This document shows positions 52,951 through 63,211 of a stretch of DNA of 64,000 nucleotides, in pieces. Source of the DNA: an uncultured Nitrospiraceae bacterium (GTDB lineage: Bacteria > Nitrospirota > Thermodesulfovibrionia > Thermodesulfovibrionales > Dissulfurispiraceae); assembly GCA_963705105.1 (NCBI GenBank), contig CAVPIW010000019.1:1-64000 (forward strand). Reading direction: 5' to 3'. The stretch's first letter is position 1; every line of letters begins with the position of its first letter. A model generated the notes under the pieces. It was not told the origin of the DNA, searched no databases, and was given only the letters and a program-made list of their open reading frames with translations. The position numbers and the translations under genes were made by a program.

Positions 52951-52977
52951 TCAAGATTTCCACCTCCTTCACGATAA
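52951..52977 (+). promoter_or_regulatory. Sigma28 (FliA)-like promoter
   Basis: TCAA-N15-CACGATAA versus consensus TAAA-N15-GCCGATAA, 20 nt before the ATG at 52998. Confidence 0.5.
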
Positions 52978-52997
52978 CAAGCTCAAAGGGTTCACGT

Positions 52998-54068
52998 ATG
53001 ATCATAGAACACGCAAAGCTCAGTCTCTCATCGTTCCGCACCTACGAGAAGTCCCGCGAGGTGAGCGAAAACCTCGAAGCATGGGACAACAGGGGAGCAC
53101 CCCGCGCCGCTGGGATGGGACTGCATGTGGGCGCACTTATAAAGGTAGACACCGTCTCGATTTCGGAAGAGGCGAAGGCATGCCGGACCTGCAATGCCGG
53201 TGAGACAACAGAGGATGATGATATCTCCCGCATGGACAGCAGGCTTTTCCTGATCAAATCGATCGTCGAGAGGATGATGGGCAGGAAGATCAGGGTCCTC
53301 GATGTGGCAGACTTCCGGGAAGGGGTCGCCGAGGCGGAAGAGTGCGGAGAGGAGCTCTCGAAGGCAACGCAGGGAGCAGGCCGCGGCAGGGCGAGCAATG
53401 AAGGCTGGGGTGTGCGCTATGACAGAACGGACACCCAGGTCGAACATGAGGAGACGGTCTTCAAGGCAAAGGGACAGATCGAGACGGCGGACGGCAGGAA
53501 GATCAAATTCTCCCTCTCGCTGATTATGGAGAGAACATTCATGTCATCGGACAGCGTTTCCCTGAGGGCCGGTGATGCCGCCAAGGACCCTCTCGTCATC
53601 AGCTTCGACGGAACGGCCGCCGAACTCACCGATACGACATTCTCCTTTGATCTCGACGCGAACGGCGAGGCGGAGGACATCCCCTTCGTCGGCACCGGAA
53701 GCGGTTTTCTCGTCCTCGACAAAAACGGCGACGGCGTCGTCAACGACGGCTCGGAGCTCTTCGGACCCGGCACGGGTGACGGTTTTGCAGAATTGTCAGC
53801 CTACGACGGAGACGGCAACGGCTGGATCGATGAGCGTGATGCGGCCTATGACCGGCTCATGGTCTGGACGAAGGATGCACAGGGCATCGACACCCTGACA
53901 AGCCTCACTGAAAAAGGGATCGGCGCCATTTCGACGGAACGGATCGAGACGGCTTTCGATATCACAGATGACGACAACTCGCTCCTCGGGCAGATCAGGC
54001 AGTCCGGCGTCTATATCAGGGAAAACGGCACCGCCGGTATTGTGCAGCGCCTCGACATCGTCACCTAA
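52998..54068 (+). CDS. Conserved hypothetical acidic protein with DxDxDG Ca-binding-like motifs
   Basis: DPLVISFDG, FDLDANG, LDKNGDG..NDGSELFG, YDGDGNGWIDE.D. Confidence 0.8.
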   Translation: MIIEHAKLSLSSFRTYEKSREVSENLEAWDNRGAPRAAGMGLHVGALIKVDTVSISEEAKACRTCNAGETTEDDDISRMDSRLFLIKSIVERMMGRKIRVLDVADFREGVAEAEECGEELSKATQGAGRGRASNEGWGVRYDRTDTQVEHEETVFKAKGQIETADGRKIKFSLSLIMERTFMSSDSVSLRAGDAAKDPLVISFDGTAAELTDTTFSFDLDANGEAEDIPFVGTGSGFLVLDKNGDGVVNDGSELFGPGTGDGFAELSAYDGDGNGWIDERDAAYDRLMVWTKDAQGIDTLTSLTEKGIGAISTERIETAFDITDDDNSLLGQIRQSGVYIRENGTAGIVQRLDIVT

Positions 54069-54404
54069 CCCTTCTCTTTCATCTCGCACGTATCCGCAAA
54101 GACAACTTCCCAATCCCCATCCTCGGGCAATCATCATTAAACCTTTCACGGCGGGCTCACTCCTATAGATTATGAAACGGCTGAGATTCCCATGACAAGA
54201 ACTACCTAACGAACGAGACTGTCTTCATAACGGGTCGTTCACATACATGCAATACGAGGAGCGGACCCGGCTCCACGATGAACTCGACAGGGCGAGCAGG
54301 CATATCTATAACCAGAAGCACGACAGGCAGCGGCTCTCTCCCTCCTTGGGGTACCGTCCTGAAACCGGCAGGGCGGTACCCCCTCCTTTTTCCGGATTGT
54401 TCAG

Positions 54405-56222
54405 CTACATTTCAACCCGCGTGATGATGCCGTGCAGTTTCTGCGGAGGGAGTTCGTAGAACTTCACGAAAGCGGGAGTGTTTCTCTTTATGAATGCAAA
54501 AATGCGCCATATGATGCTGTCCGTCACAATGTCTTCAAGACCATAGAAGATGGCGACTTCATCGATGCCCGCCTCCTTGAGGATCTCCTCAACGTCGATC
54601 ACCTCCATGTATCCCATCTGTATCTCGAAAGTCCTCAAACCCGGTGCGACGGTCTCTTTGAAAAATCCGATCACGCCGAAGGGGTCGTCCCGCCTCACCA
54701 GGGAGACGAAGATGTTGTCCTCATAGACGATCCTCTGGGTCAGCATGGTTCTGACGATGTAGGGAGATACCAGGCTGATGTCACGGGCGAAGAAAAGAGC
54801 CGTCCCCTTGAGTCTGCTCATACTCGTGTAGACATACGTATACCGCCTGAGGAACTCGCTCTGGTTCATCTGTTTCATCGATCTGTAGAGCTGCTTCTGA
54901 CCTTTTGTATACAGGAAGATGATCCCGAGGGGAATAGATGCAATGACAATGGACCAGTAGCCGCCGTGAGGGATCTTGTAAATGTTTGAGAGAAGATAAA
55001 CGACATCGACGACCGTCACAAGAAAGGATACGAGGGCCAGGGCCTTCTTGCCTTTCAGGTGAAAGATCCAGGTCATGAAGAGCCCCGTCAGGGTCATCGT
55101 TCCGGTGACGGCAAGGCCGTATGCAGCAGCAAGGCGGCTCGACTCACCGAACTCGACCATGACGAAGAGGACGGCAAGGAGGAGGAACCAGTTGACGGAA
55201 CCTATGTAGATCTGAGATCTCATCTCCGTGGACGTGTAATCGACCTTGAAGAGGGGCATCACATGGGTCGTGATCCCCTGATAGACGATCGAGAACATCC
55301 CGCTGATCATGGCCTGCGATGCAATGACGGTGGCCATGATGCTCAGAATGAGGAAGGGGACGTAGAGTGCCTGCGCATGGTAGAAAACCATCCCGAAGAG
55401 CACGTTCTTGGACTCCGGGTGCCCGATGAGAAAGGCCCCCTGCCCCAGATAGTTCAAAAGCAATGCAAAAAAGACGAAATACCAGGCCCTGAGGATCGGC
55501 ATCCTGCCTAGGTGACCCATGTCGGCATAGAGGGCTTCACCGCCAGTGGCGCAAAGTATGACTTCCGACAGGACGAAGAACCCTGCAATACCGTTCTCGT
55601 ATAGAAACTCCAGGGCATAGTGGGGGCTGATGGCCCTGATCACAGTTGGAAATTCCAGGATGGACAGGACCCCTGAAAGGGCGAGCGACCCGAACCACAG
55701 GACCATCAGGGGGCCGAAGGCGGCCGATACCTTCTCTGTCCCTTTTTTCTGGAACGAAAACAGGACGATGGCGATCATGCCCGCGAGCACGACGAGGAGT
55801 TCCTTGCTCGTATGCTCCAGTCCCGGGATGAGAAGCATCCCCTCGACGGCGCTCAGGATGCTGATGGCAGGCGTGATGACACCGTCTCCGATGAGCAGGG
55901 AAATGCCGGCATAGGAGAGCACAGTGACAAAGGCCGCTTTTTTGCCCGATTTTAGCAGGGGCACGAGGATTTCTCTGAGGACGATCGTTCCGCCCTCGCC
56001 TTTCCTGCTGAGGCTCATGGCGAGCCAGGCGTATGCAACGGTGACAAGGATGATCAGTGTCCACGTGATCAGTGAAAGGACGCCGATGACGTTTGCCTCC
56101 GTCGGCTTCGTAAGCAGGATGATGACGGTGAGAGTATAGATGGGGCTTGTCCCGATGTCGCCGAAGACAAGGCCGAGAGACTTGATGATGCCTTTTGCTA
56201 CCGACTCTTTATGGTTAAGCAC
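54405..56222 (-). CDS. kup: KUP/HAK/KT potassium transporter
   Basis: LGLVFGDIGTSPIYT, GEGG, GDGVITPAISILSAVEG, EALYADMGH, AAAYGLAV; start moved to GTG 56222 (upstream part lies in a REP). Confidence 0.95.
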   Translation of the reverse strand: MLNHKESVAKGIIKSLGLVFGDIGTSPIYTLTVIILLTKPTEANVIGVLSLITWTLIILVTVAYAWLAMSLSRKGEGGTIVLREILVPLLKSGKKAAFVTVLSYAGISLLIGDGVITPAISILSAVEGMLLIPGLEHTSKELLVVLAGMIAIVLFSFQKKGTEKVSAAFGPLMVLWFGSLALSGVLSILEFPTVIRAISPHYALEFLYENGIAGFFVLSEVILCATGGEALYADMGHLGRMPILRAWYFVFFALLLNYLGQGAFLIGHPESKNVLFGMVFYHAQALYVPFLILSIMATVIASQAMISGMFSIVYQGITTHVMPLFKVDYTSTEMRSQIYIGSVNWFLLLAVLFVMVEFGESSRLAAAYGLAVTGTMTLTGLFMTWIFHLKGKKALALVSFLVTVVDVVYLLSNIYKIPHGGYWSIVIASIPLGIIFLYTKGQKQLYRSMKQMNQSEFLRRYTYVYTSMSRLKGTALFFARDISLVSPYIVRTMLTQRIVYEDNIFVSLVRRDDPFGVIGFFKETVAPGLRTFEIQMGYMEVIDVEEILKEAGIDEVAIFYGLEDIVTDSIIWRIFAFIKRNTPAFVKFYELPPQKLHGIITRVEM

Positions 56223-56286
56223 TCTTTTTCCCAGAACTTTTGTCAGCAGAGCTACTAAGAATGTCAGGAGTAAAACCCCGCAATTT

Positions 56287-56369
56287 GTCATTCCCGCAAC
56301 CCCGCACTCGAGGCGGGGGCGTCGGGAATCCTTCTGAAAAGAGAAAGATTCCGGACAAGCCGGAATGAC
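56287..56369. repeat. GTCATTCC...GGAATGAC REP-like palindrome
   Basis: Near-identical to 16852-16936. Confidence 0.85.
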
Positions 56370-56522
56370 AGAATCTTATACCGACCGTGGCTCCACCAAT
56401 AGACCCATTAGTAAATACCCTTTCTTACAGCTTAACAACGGGGGCTGTAAATTTTGGATCAATAAAGGGGCTTCAGGTATAAAGATCCTGTAAAAAAGAG
56501 GGAGGCGAAGGAGGGCTGACGA

Positions 56523-57239
56523 TCAGGGTGACGGCTCATCGTCGTATTTGAGTCTGTAACCAACACCCGGTTCGTTGAGAAGAAAGCGCGGCCGCGCCGG
56601 GTCATCCTCGATCTTGCGCCTGAGCTGGGCCATGTAGACGCGCAGATACTGCGTCTGCCCCGCATAGGGCGGCCCCCACACGTCCCTCAGGATCTGGCTG
56701 TGAGTGACCACCTTGCCGGCATTCCGGATCAGGAGGGCCAACAGCCTGTATTCTATGGGTGTCAGGTGAATCTCCTTCCCGCCGACGAAAACCTGTCTCT
56801 TCGTCAGATCGACCCGTATAGTACCGAGTTCGAATACCGGCTGCTTTTCCTGTGCGTACTGCATTATCTTGTGACGCAGGGACACACGGATGCGGGCGAG
56901 GAGTTCCCCGGCGCCGAAAGGCTTTGTGAGGTAATCATCGGCGCCGGCATCGAGGGCACGCACCTTGTCCTGTTCCTGCTCCCGCGCCGAAAGCACGATG
57001 ATCGGCATCGAGCTCCATTCACGCAACTGCCCGATCACGTCCAGGCCCTCCATATCAGGGAGGCCGAGATCGAGCAACACGACGTCGGGATTGCGCGTCG
57101 TCGCCTGCATCAGCCCTTCCTGCCCCGTTGCCGCCTCAATAAGGCGATAGCCGTGGCTCTGGAGCGTTATCCTCAGGAAACGGCGCATCTGGGACTCGTC
57201 CTCTATAAGAAGGATCAGTTCTGCATCCCGCTCTGTCAT
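56523..57239 (-). CDS. kdpE: KDP response regulator
   Basis: LLDLGLPD, GADDYLTKPF, LTPIEY, YLRVYMAQLRRK, GVGYR; follows kdpD. Confidence 0.95.
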   Translation of the reverse strand: MTERDAELILLIEDESQMRRFLRITLQSHGYRLIEAATGQEGLMQATTRNPDVVLLDLGLPDMEGLDVIGQLREWSSMPIIVLSAREQEQDKVRALDAGADDYLTKPFGAGELLARIRVSLRHKIMQYAQEKQPVFELGTIRVDLTKRQVFVGGKEIHLTPIEYRLLALLIRNAGKVVTHSQILRDVWGPPYAGQTQYLRVYMAQLRRKIEDDPARPRFLLNEPGVGYRLKYDDEPSP

Positions 57240-57267
57240 ACTGTTATCCTCCTGCACGGAGAAAAGA

Positions 57268-59967
57268 TCATTCGAAGACCTCCTCCTCCTCGGGCAGAGG
57301 CAGTTGAGGCTGTTCCCCGAGGGGAAGGGAGAAGCGAAACACAGCCCCCCCGCCCGGACGGTTTTCAGCCCGGATACGTCCGCCGTGGGCATCGATGATC
57401 GCCCTGCAGATCGCAAGTCCAAGGCCGATGCCACCTCCTGAACCGTCCCCTCGCACGAATTTCTCGAAGATCCTCTCCTCTTCGCCCGGCCGGATGCCTG
57501 CTCCCCTGTCGGCCAGTTCCACCAGCACCTCGTCGCCCCTGACGGACGCTGATAACTCGAGCGGAGTGCCCTCGGGAGTGTACCGCAAGGCGTTTTCGAA
57601 GAGATTCATGAGGACCTGTCCGATGAGCAAAGCGTCGACTGAGAGAAGGGGCAGATCACCGGGCAGACGGGTCGTGACCTGGCGGCCGGCCATTTTGTCC
57701 GCAAGACGGTGGAGCACTGCACCAACGATCTCCTCGAAGGATTGCCATTCCCTCTTTATCGTGATTTCTCCCGACTCCAGCCGCATCATATCCAGGACGT
57801 TCCGGATCAGTTGATTCAGATGCTCCGCCTCCTCGTAGATGGTCTGTGTCAGCTCCTGCCTGTTCGCCTTATCCAGAGCGGCATCACCCTGCAAGAGAGT
57901 CGTCGCCGCCCCGGTGATCGCGGCGAGGGGCGTGCGCAGATCGTGGGAAACGGAGCTGAGGAGCGTATTGCGCAGGACTTCCCTTTCCGCCTTCAGGATC
58001 GCCTGCTGTGTCTCCTCTGCAAGCAGTGCCCTTTCGAGGGCCATGGCCGTCTGATTCGAAAAGCTCTCGAGAATATGGATCTGTTCCTGATCGAGAAGGG
58101 AGGATGCGGGATCGGGCAGGATGCCGAGGACGCCGACCGTGCCGGATGAAGTCAGGAGAGGCAAATAAAGGCCCATGGCCCCCGGCAGGGTGTCGGTCCC
58201 GAGGCCCGCCCTTTGAGAATGATCGAACACCCACTGGGCGACGCTTGATTCCCTCTCGTCGAGGGCGAACGTTTCAGGCGCCGTGACCGGAACCGCCAGG
58301 GCGCCCTTTTCGTCGGGAAGCAGAATGACGACGCGGCTCGAGAAGACCTCTCCGATATGCTTCATGGCGACGGCGCATAGCCCCCTGATGCTGCGCTCCT
58401 GCACAAGCTCCCTGCTCAGGTTGTACAGCGCTGAGGTCCTCTTCTCCCGAAATCTCGCCGCCGTTACCTGCTCCCGTATCCGGAGAGTGAGCCTGCTAAT
58501 GACGGAGGCGACGATGAACAGGACGGCAAAGGTGAGAAAGTACCGCACGTCATGGACGGTAAAGGTGTAATAGGGGGGGATGAAGAAGAAATTGAAGGAT
58601 GCCACGCTCAGGAGCGTTGCAAGAAGGGACGGCCATTTCCCCGTTCGGCTTGCCACGATCACGATTCCCAGAAGAAAAACCATGGCCACATCGACAAGGG
58701 TGACAAAGTCATGCATAAGAGCAGCAACAGCGGTGCAGCATGAAACGACGCCCGCACTCAGAAGCCACTCCCCCGGTTTTATCTCCTGCCGCTCCGACCT
58801 GGCGACCGGTCGCGGAACAGGCTCGCCTGAATCGCCTGTGATGACGTAAATGTCTATGTCACCGCTTCCTCTCACGACATCATCGAGCAGGGAACCGAAG
58901 ACCTTGTCCTTCCAGCGGGGATGGGTCGGCTTTCCTACGATAATCTTGGTGACATTGCGGTCGCGGGCATAGTTCAGTATCTCCTCGCTCGCCTTGTGAC
59001 CCGTGAGTGTCACCGTTTCTGCCCCCAGGCTTTCGGCAAGGCGCATATGTTCGGAAAGCTCCGTGAGATCCTTGTCGGAGGGTTTTACCATCGATGGCGC
59101 CTCGACATTCACCGCAATCCAGTCGGCCCTCAGGCTCGCGGACATGCGTTTGGCCGCCCGTATCAGGCGGATCGAGCGGGGATTCGGTCCGACACAGACC
59201 ATGACCCGCTCCCCTGCGGGCCATATTTCCCTGACCCCCTTGACGACACGGTAGCTCTGCATTTGCGCGTCAACACGTTCGGCCGTATGCCGCAGGGCCA
59301 GCTCGCGCAGCGCCAGCAGGTTTCCCTTCCGGAAGAAATGCTCCCGCGCCCTCTCCGCCAGTTCGGCAACATACACCTTGCCCTCGTTGAGCCGCTGCAG
59401 CAGGTCTTCCGGCGGCAGATCGGCGAGTTCTATCTCATCAGCCCTGTCGAGCACGGAGTCGGGCAGAGTCTCCCTGACGACGACGCCGGTAATCTGGGCG
59501 ACCACATCATTGAGACTTTCGAGGTGCTGCACGTTCAGGGTCGTATACACGTCGATGCCTGCGGCGAGCAGTTCGAACACATCCTGCCATCTCTTCTTGT
59601 GGCGGGAGCCCGGAACATTGGTGTGCGCCAGTTCATCGACGAGTATGATCCCGGGTCTGCGGGCGAGGGCTGCATCGAGATCGAACTCCTTCAGCCGGGC
59701 GCCTCGGTACTCGATCGACCGGCGGGGAACCGTCTCGATCCCCTCGAGGAGAGCCCCCGTCTCCGGCCGCCCGTGAGTCTCCACGATGCCGGCGACGACG
59801 TCAGCGCCTTCATCACGTTTCCTGCGCGCAGCCTCGAGCATCGCATAGGTTTTTCCGACACCCGGGGCGGCGCCGAAAAATACCTTGAGTCTCCCCTGGT
59901 GCCTGCGCTCCTCCTCCTTCCGGAACTCTCCGAGCAGCAGGTCGGGATCGGGCCTCTTCTCTTCCAC
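57268..59967 (-). CDS. kdpD: KDP sensor histidine kinase
   Basis: GAAPGVGKTYAML, VDELAHTN, NVQHLESLND, Usp domain, 4 TM segments, SVSHDLRTPL. Confidence 0.96.
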   Translation of the reverse strand: MEEKRPDPDLLLGEFRKEEERRHQGRLKVFFGAAPGVGKTYAMLEAARRKRDEGADVVAGIVETHGRPETGALLEGIETVPRRSIEYRGARLKEFDLDAALARRPGIILVDELAHTNVPGSRHKKRWQDVFELLAAGIDVYTTLNVQHLESLNDVVAQITGVVVRETLPDSVLDRADEIELADLPPEDLLQRLNEGKVYVAELAERAREHFFRKGNLLALRELALRHTAERVDAQMQSYRVVKGVREIWPAGERVMVCVGPNPRSIRLIRAAKRMSASLRADWIAVNVEAPSMVKPSDKDLTELSEHMRLAESLGAETVTLTGHKASEEILNYARDRNVTKIIVGKPTHPRWKDKVFGSLLDDVVRGSGDIDIYVITGDSGEPVPRPVARSERQEIKPGEWLLSAGVVSCCTAVAALMHDFVTLVDVAMVFLLGIVIVASRTGKWPSLLATLLSVASFNFFFIPPYYTFTVHDVRYFLTFAVLFIVASVISRLTLRIREQVTAARFREKRTSALYNLSRELVQERSIRGLCAVAMKHIGEVFSSRVVILLPDEKGALAVPVTAPETFALDERESSVAQWVFDHSQRAGLGTDTLPGAMGLYLPLLTSSGTVGVLGILPDPASSLLDQEQIHILESFSNQTAMALERALLAEETQQAILKAEREVLRNTLLSSVSHDLRTPLAAITGAATTLLQGDAALDKANRQELTQTIYEEAEHLNQLIRNVLDMMRLESGEITIKREWQSFEEIVGAVLHRLADKMAGRQVTTRLPGDLPLLSVDALLIGQVLMNLFENALRYTPEGTPLELSASVRGDEVLVELADRGAGIRPGEEERIFEKFVRGDGSGGGIGLGLAICRAIIDAHGGRIRAENRPGGGAVFRFSLPLGEQPQLPLPEEEEVFE

Positions 59968-60038
59968 CTTATGCTCCTTGTCCGGGATATAGAATTCTCG
60001 TGCAGTCGTAGGTGAAGCCTCTGTCAGTATGTAATGCC

Positions 60039-60110
60039 GTCATTCCGGCTTGTCCGGAATCGTTCTTCAGTTCAGAAGGATTCCCGACGCGCTCCGCTTG
60101 CGGGAATGAC
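60039..60110. repeat. GTCATTCC...GGAATGAC REP-like palindrome (inverted variant)
   Basis: GTCATTCCGGCTTGTCCGGAATC...GATTCCCGACGC...GCGGGAATGAC between kdpC and kdpD. Confidence 0.85.
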
Positions 60111-60171
60111 AGCCCGTGTGACTCCACGTATGACCTCCATAACCCCTTCATCCTTCTAAAGTTTATCAGAC

Positions 60172-60744
60172 TTACCTCAACTCGTCCAATGCAAGGTTCA
60201 GCTTCAGGACATTGACCCTCGGCTCTCCGAAAATGCCGAACTGCCTTTCCTCGGTATGCCGGTCCACGAGAGAGCGGACGACAGCCTCATCGAGACCGCG
60301 CTCCTCCGCAACCCTCCTGATCTGGTATTTCGCTGCCGCAGGACTTACGTGAGGATCGAGACCACTGCCTGATGAGGTCACAAGGTCGGCGGGAATCTGT
60401 CTGCTCCCGTCCCGGTGGGCGGCCTTCAGGAGGGATGCGCTCTCCTGCACCCTCTTTATGAGGGCCGGGTTGCCCTGCGAGAGATTGGACGCGGAGGACG
60501 ACGCGGCATTATATGGATGGGGCTGGGTTGCCGAGGACCTCCCCCGGAAATATCCCGGACCGTCGAAGTGTTGCCCGACGAGGGCGGAGCCTGCAGGCCT
60601 TCCATCCCTCATTATAATGCTGCCCCCCGCCTGAAGGGGAAACAGCACCTGGGCGATCCCCGTGACGAGCAAGGGGTACAGGGCACCCGTCAGGACGGTG
60701 AAGAGGGCCAGCATTGCGACCGATGTTCGTATGATAGTCAGCAT
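60172..60744 (-). CDS. kdpC: K+-transporting ATPase subunit C
   Basis: YPLLVTGIAQ..FP.QA.GS, SSASNL, DLVTSSGSGLDPH, GEPRVNVLKLN; start ATG 60744. Confidence 0.95.
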   Translation of the reverse strand: MLTIIRTSVAMLALFTVLTGALYPLLVTGIAQVLFPLQAGGSIIMRDGRPAGSALVGQHFDGPGYFRGRSSATQPHPYNAASSSASNLSQGNPALIKRVQESASLLKAAHRDGSRQIPADLVTSSGSGLDPHVSPAAAKYQIRRVAEERGLDEAVVRSLVDRHTEERQFGIFGEPRVNVLKLNLALDELR

Positions 60745-60750
60745 AAACCC

Positions 60751-61106
60751 TACCTTTGCATGCACCCCGGAAAGGCGGGGTGTATGCGCCGAAAACCTTG
60801 GTGCGGCGACACCTGTATTGAGACGGAAGACGAGGCATAAGCCGATGTCAGGAGAATGGGACATATTCTCCGACACTGACCCTGACACTCATACCTTATC
60901 GTTGCAATACACTCCCGGGAAAGACGGGGCGTATGCGCCGAAAACCTTGCTGCGGCGACACCTTAACCTTCACTGAAGGCAACCTTTCAAGCCAATGGTC
61001 GATTACACAGAGAGTGGAATCCTGAAAGACAAACCTGACGAGGCTCATCGTCGCCTTCAGTAAGGCTTTGAGGCGCTTCGCCCCGCCTTTTCATGCAGGT
61101 ACAAGG
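60751..61106 (+). mobile_element. Tandem MITE-like copies (left half 60751-60848; full copy 60891-61106) between kdpB and kdpC
   Basis: Both carry GAAAGRCGGGGYGTATGCGCCGAAAACCTTG; the second also has the right arm; a hexamer patch lies between them. Confidence 0.88.
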
Positions 61107-61117
61107 CAAAGTCTCTC

Positions 61118-63211
61118 CTAAAAGATGTGCAGCAGCGTTATCATCATATCAATGAGCTTGATGCCAACAAAGGGGATGACAAGACCTCCGAGCCCGTAGA
61201 TGAGGAGATTATCGCGAAGGAGCACGGCTGCTCCGACAGGCCGGTATTTTACACCCCGAAGGGCCAGCGGTATCAGGAAGACGATCGCGAGGGCGTTGAA
61301 GATCACGGCCGAGAGGACCGCGCTCTGCGGAGTGGAAAGACCCATTATATTCAGTCCTCCGAGTTCGGGATAAATCGGCAGAAAAGCGGCGGGGAGAATT
61401 GCGAAATACTTCGACACGTCATTGGCGATGCTGAAGGTCGTCAGGGTGCCGCGCGTCATGAGCAGCTGTTTTCCGATCTCCACGATCTCGATCAACTTCG
61501 TCGGGTTGGAGTCGAGGTCCACCATGTTTCCCGCTTCCTTCGCCGCCTGGGTCCCCGTGTTCATGGCGACGGCGACATCGGCTTGCGCCAGGGCCGGGGC
61601 ATCATTCGTACCGTCGCCCGTCATGGCCACCAGCCTCCCTCCTGCCTGGTACTCCCTGATGAGTTTGAGCTTCGCCTCCGGTGTCGCCTGGGCAAGGAAG
61701 TCGTCCACTCCCGCCTCCGCCGCGACTGCCGCAGCCGTGAGGGGGTTGTCCCCCGTGATCATGACCGTCCTGATGCCCATGCGCCGGAGTTCGGCGAATC
61801 GCTCCTTCATACCGCCCTTGACGATATCGCTCAACCGGATCGCGCCGAGCACCTTCTTCCCCTCCGCGACGACAAGAGGGGTCCCGCCGGCACGCGCTAT
61901 TTCGGTGACCGTGCTTTTCACATCATCCGGATACGCGCCGCCCAGCCCGGTCACATACTCCCTGATGGCATCTGCGGACCCCTTGCGGATTTCCTTGCCG
62001 TCAAAATTCACGCCGCTCATGCGGGTCTGCGCCGAAAAGGGAATGAACCGGGCGCCCAACCCCTGGATATCCCGTTCACGGATGCCGAAGAGCTCTTTCG
62101 CGAGCACCACGATACTCCGTCCCTCCGGCGTCTCATCGGCCAGGGAGGAGATCTGCGCCGCATCGGCAAGGACCTGCGGTTCGATGCCCTGAGCCGGGAT
62201 GAAGGCCGTTGCCTGCCTGTTGCCGAGCGTTATCGTGCCTGTCTTGTCGAGGAGCAGCACATCGACGTCTCCGGCCGCTTCCACGGCCCTGCCGGACATG
62301 GCGATGACGTTAGCCTGTATCATGCGGTCCATCCCGGCGATGCCGATTGCGGAGAGCAGTCCTCCTATGGTCGTGGGAATGAGGCAGACCAAAAGGGCCG
62401 TGAGGATCGTCATCGTCACGGGGCTTCCCTGGCCGGCCGCCTTCACGCTGTACAGGGAAAAGGGCAGAAGCGTGGCCGTCGCCAGCAGGAAGATGATGGT
62501 CAGGCCCGCCAGGAGGATGTCGAGGGCGATCTCATTCGGCATCTTCTGACGCTTCGCCCCTTCAACCATGGAGATCATGCGGTCGAGGAAGGCCTCTCCC
62601 GGGTTGGCTGCAATTATCACGACAAGCCAGTCCGACAACACAAGGGTGCCCCCTGTAACCGCGCTCCTGTCCCCGCCGCTCTCCCGGATGACAGGCGCGC
62701 TTTCGCCGGTGATGGCGCTCTCGTTGACCGACGCGACTCCGGAAACCACTTCGCCGTCCCCGGGAATGATGTCTCCCGCCTCGACGAGGACAATGTCTCC
62801 CTTGCTGAGCTGTGAAGAGGGGATGGGGGTGATGTCCGCGTCCTTTTCGGGGCGGGAGAGCCTCTTCGCCGTCACGTCCTTCCGGCTGCTGCGGAGCGTG
62901 TCGGCCTGGGCCTTCCCCCGCCCTTCAGCCATGGACTCGGCGAAATTCGCAAATAAGACGGTAACCCAAAGCCAGAGCGAAATGGCCATGATGAAGGCCG
63001 GTGATTCTTCCCCGTGAGCGAAAAGAGCATGGAGAAAAAGGGCCGTCGTCAAAATGCTGCCGACCTCGACGACGAACATGACGGGCTTGCGTATCTGATA
63101 GAGCGGGTTCAGCTTGACAAGGGAATCAAGCAATGCCCTTCTCACAATGGCGGGCTCAAACAGGGGACGCTGTGTCTTATCCTTGCGCATGCTCGCTCTC
63201 CTCTCCGTCAC
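61118..63211 (-). CDS. kdpB: K+-transporting ATPase subunit B
   Basis: [25 protein letters not shown] and [10 protein letters not shown] motifs; start 63211 or 63190. Confidence 0.97.
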   Translation of the reverse strand: MTERRASMRKDKTQRPLFEPAIVRRALLDSLVKLNPLYQIRKPVMFVVEVGSILTTALFLHALFAHGEESPAFIMAISLWLWVTVLFANFAESMAEGRGKAQADTLRSSRKDVTAKRLSRPEKDADITPIPSSQLSKGDIVLVEAGDIIPGDGEVVSGVASVNESAITGESAPVIRESGGDRSAVTGGTLVLSDWLVVIIAANPGEAFLDRMISMVEGAKRQKMPNEIALDILLAGLTIIFLLATATLLPFSLYSVKAAGQGSPVTMTILTALLVCLIPTTIGGLLSAIGIAGMDRMIQANVIAMSGRAVEAAGDVDVLLLDKTGTITLGNRQATAFIPAQGIEPQVLADAAQISSLADETPEGRSIVVLAKELFGIRERDIQGLGARFIPFSAQTRMSGVNFDGKEIRKGSADAIREYVTGLGGAYPDDVKSTVTEIARAGGTPLVVAEGKKVLGAIRLSDIVKGGMKERFAELRRMGIRTVMITGDNPLTAAAVAAEAGVDDFLAQATPEAKLKLIREYQAGGRLVAMTGDGTNDAPALAQADVAVAMNTGTQAAKEAGNMVDLDSNPTKLIEIVEIGKQLLMTRGTLTTFSIANDVSKYFAILPAAFLPIYPELGGLNIMGLSTPQSAVLSAVIFNALAIVFLIPLALRGVKYRPVGAAVLLRDNLLIYGLGGLVIPFVGIKLIDMMITLLHIF

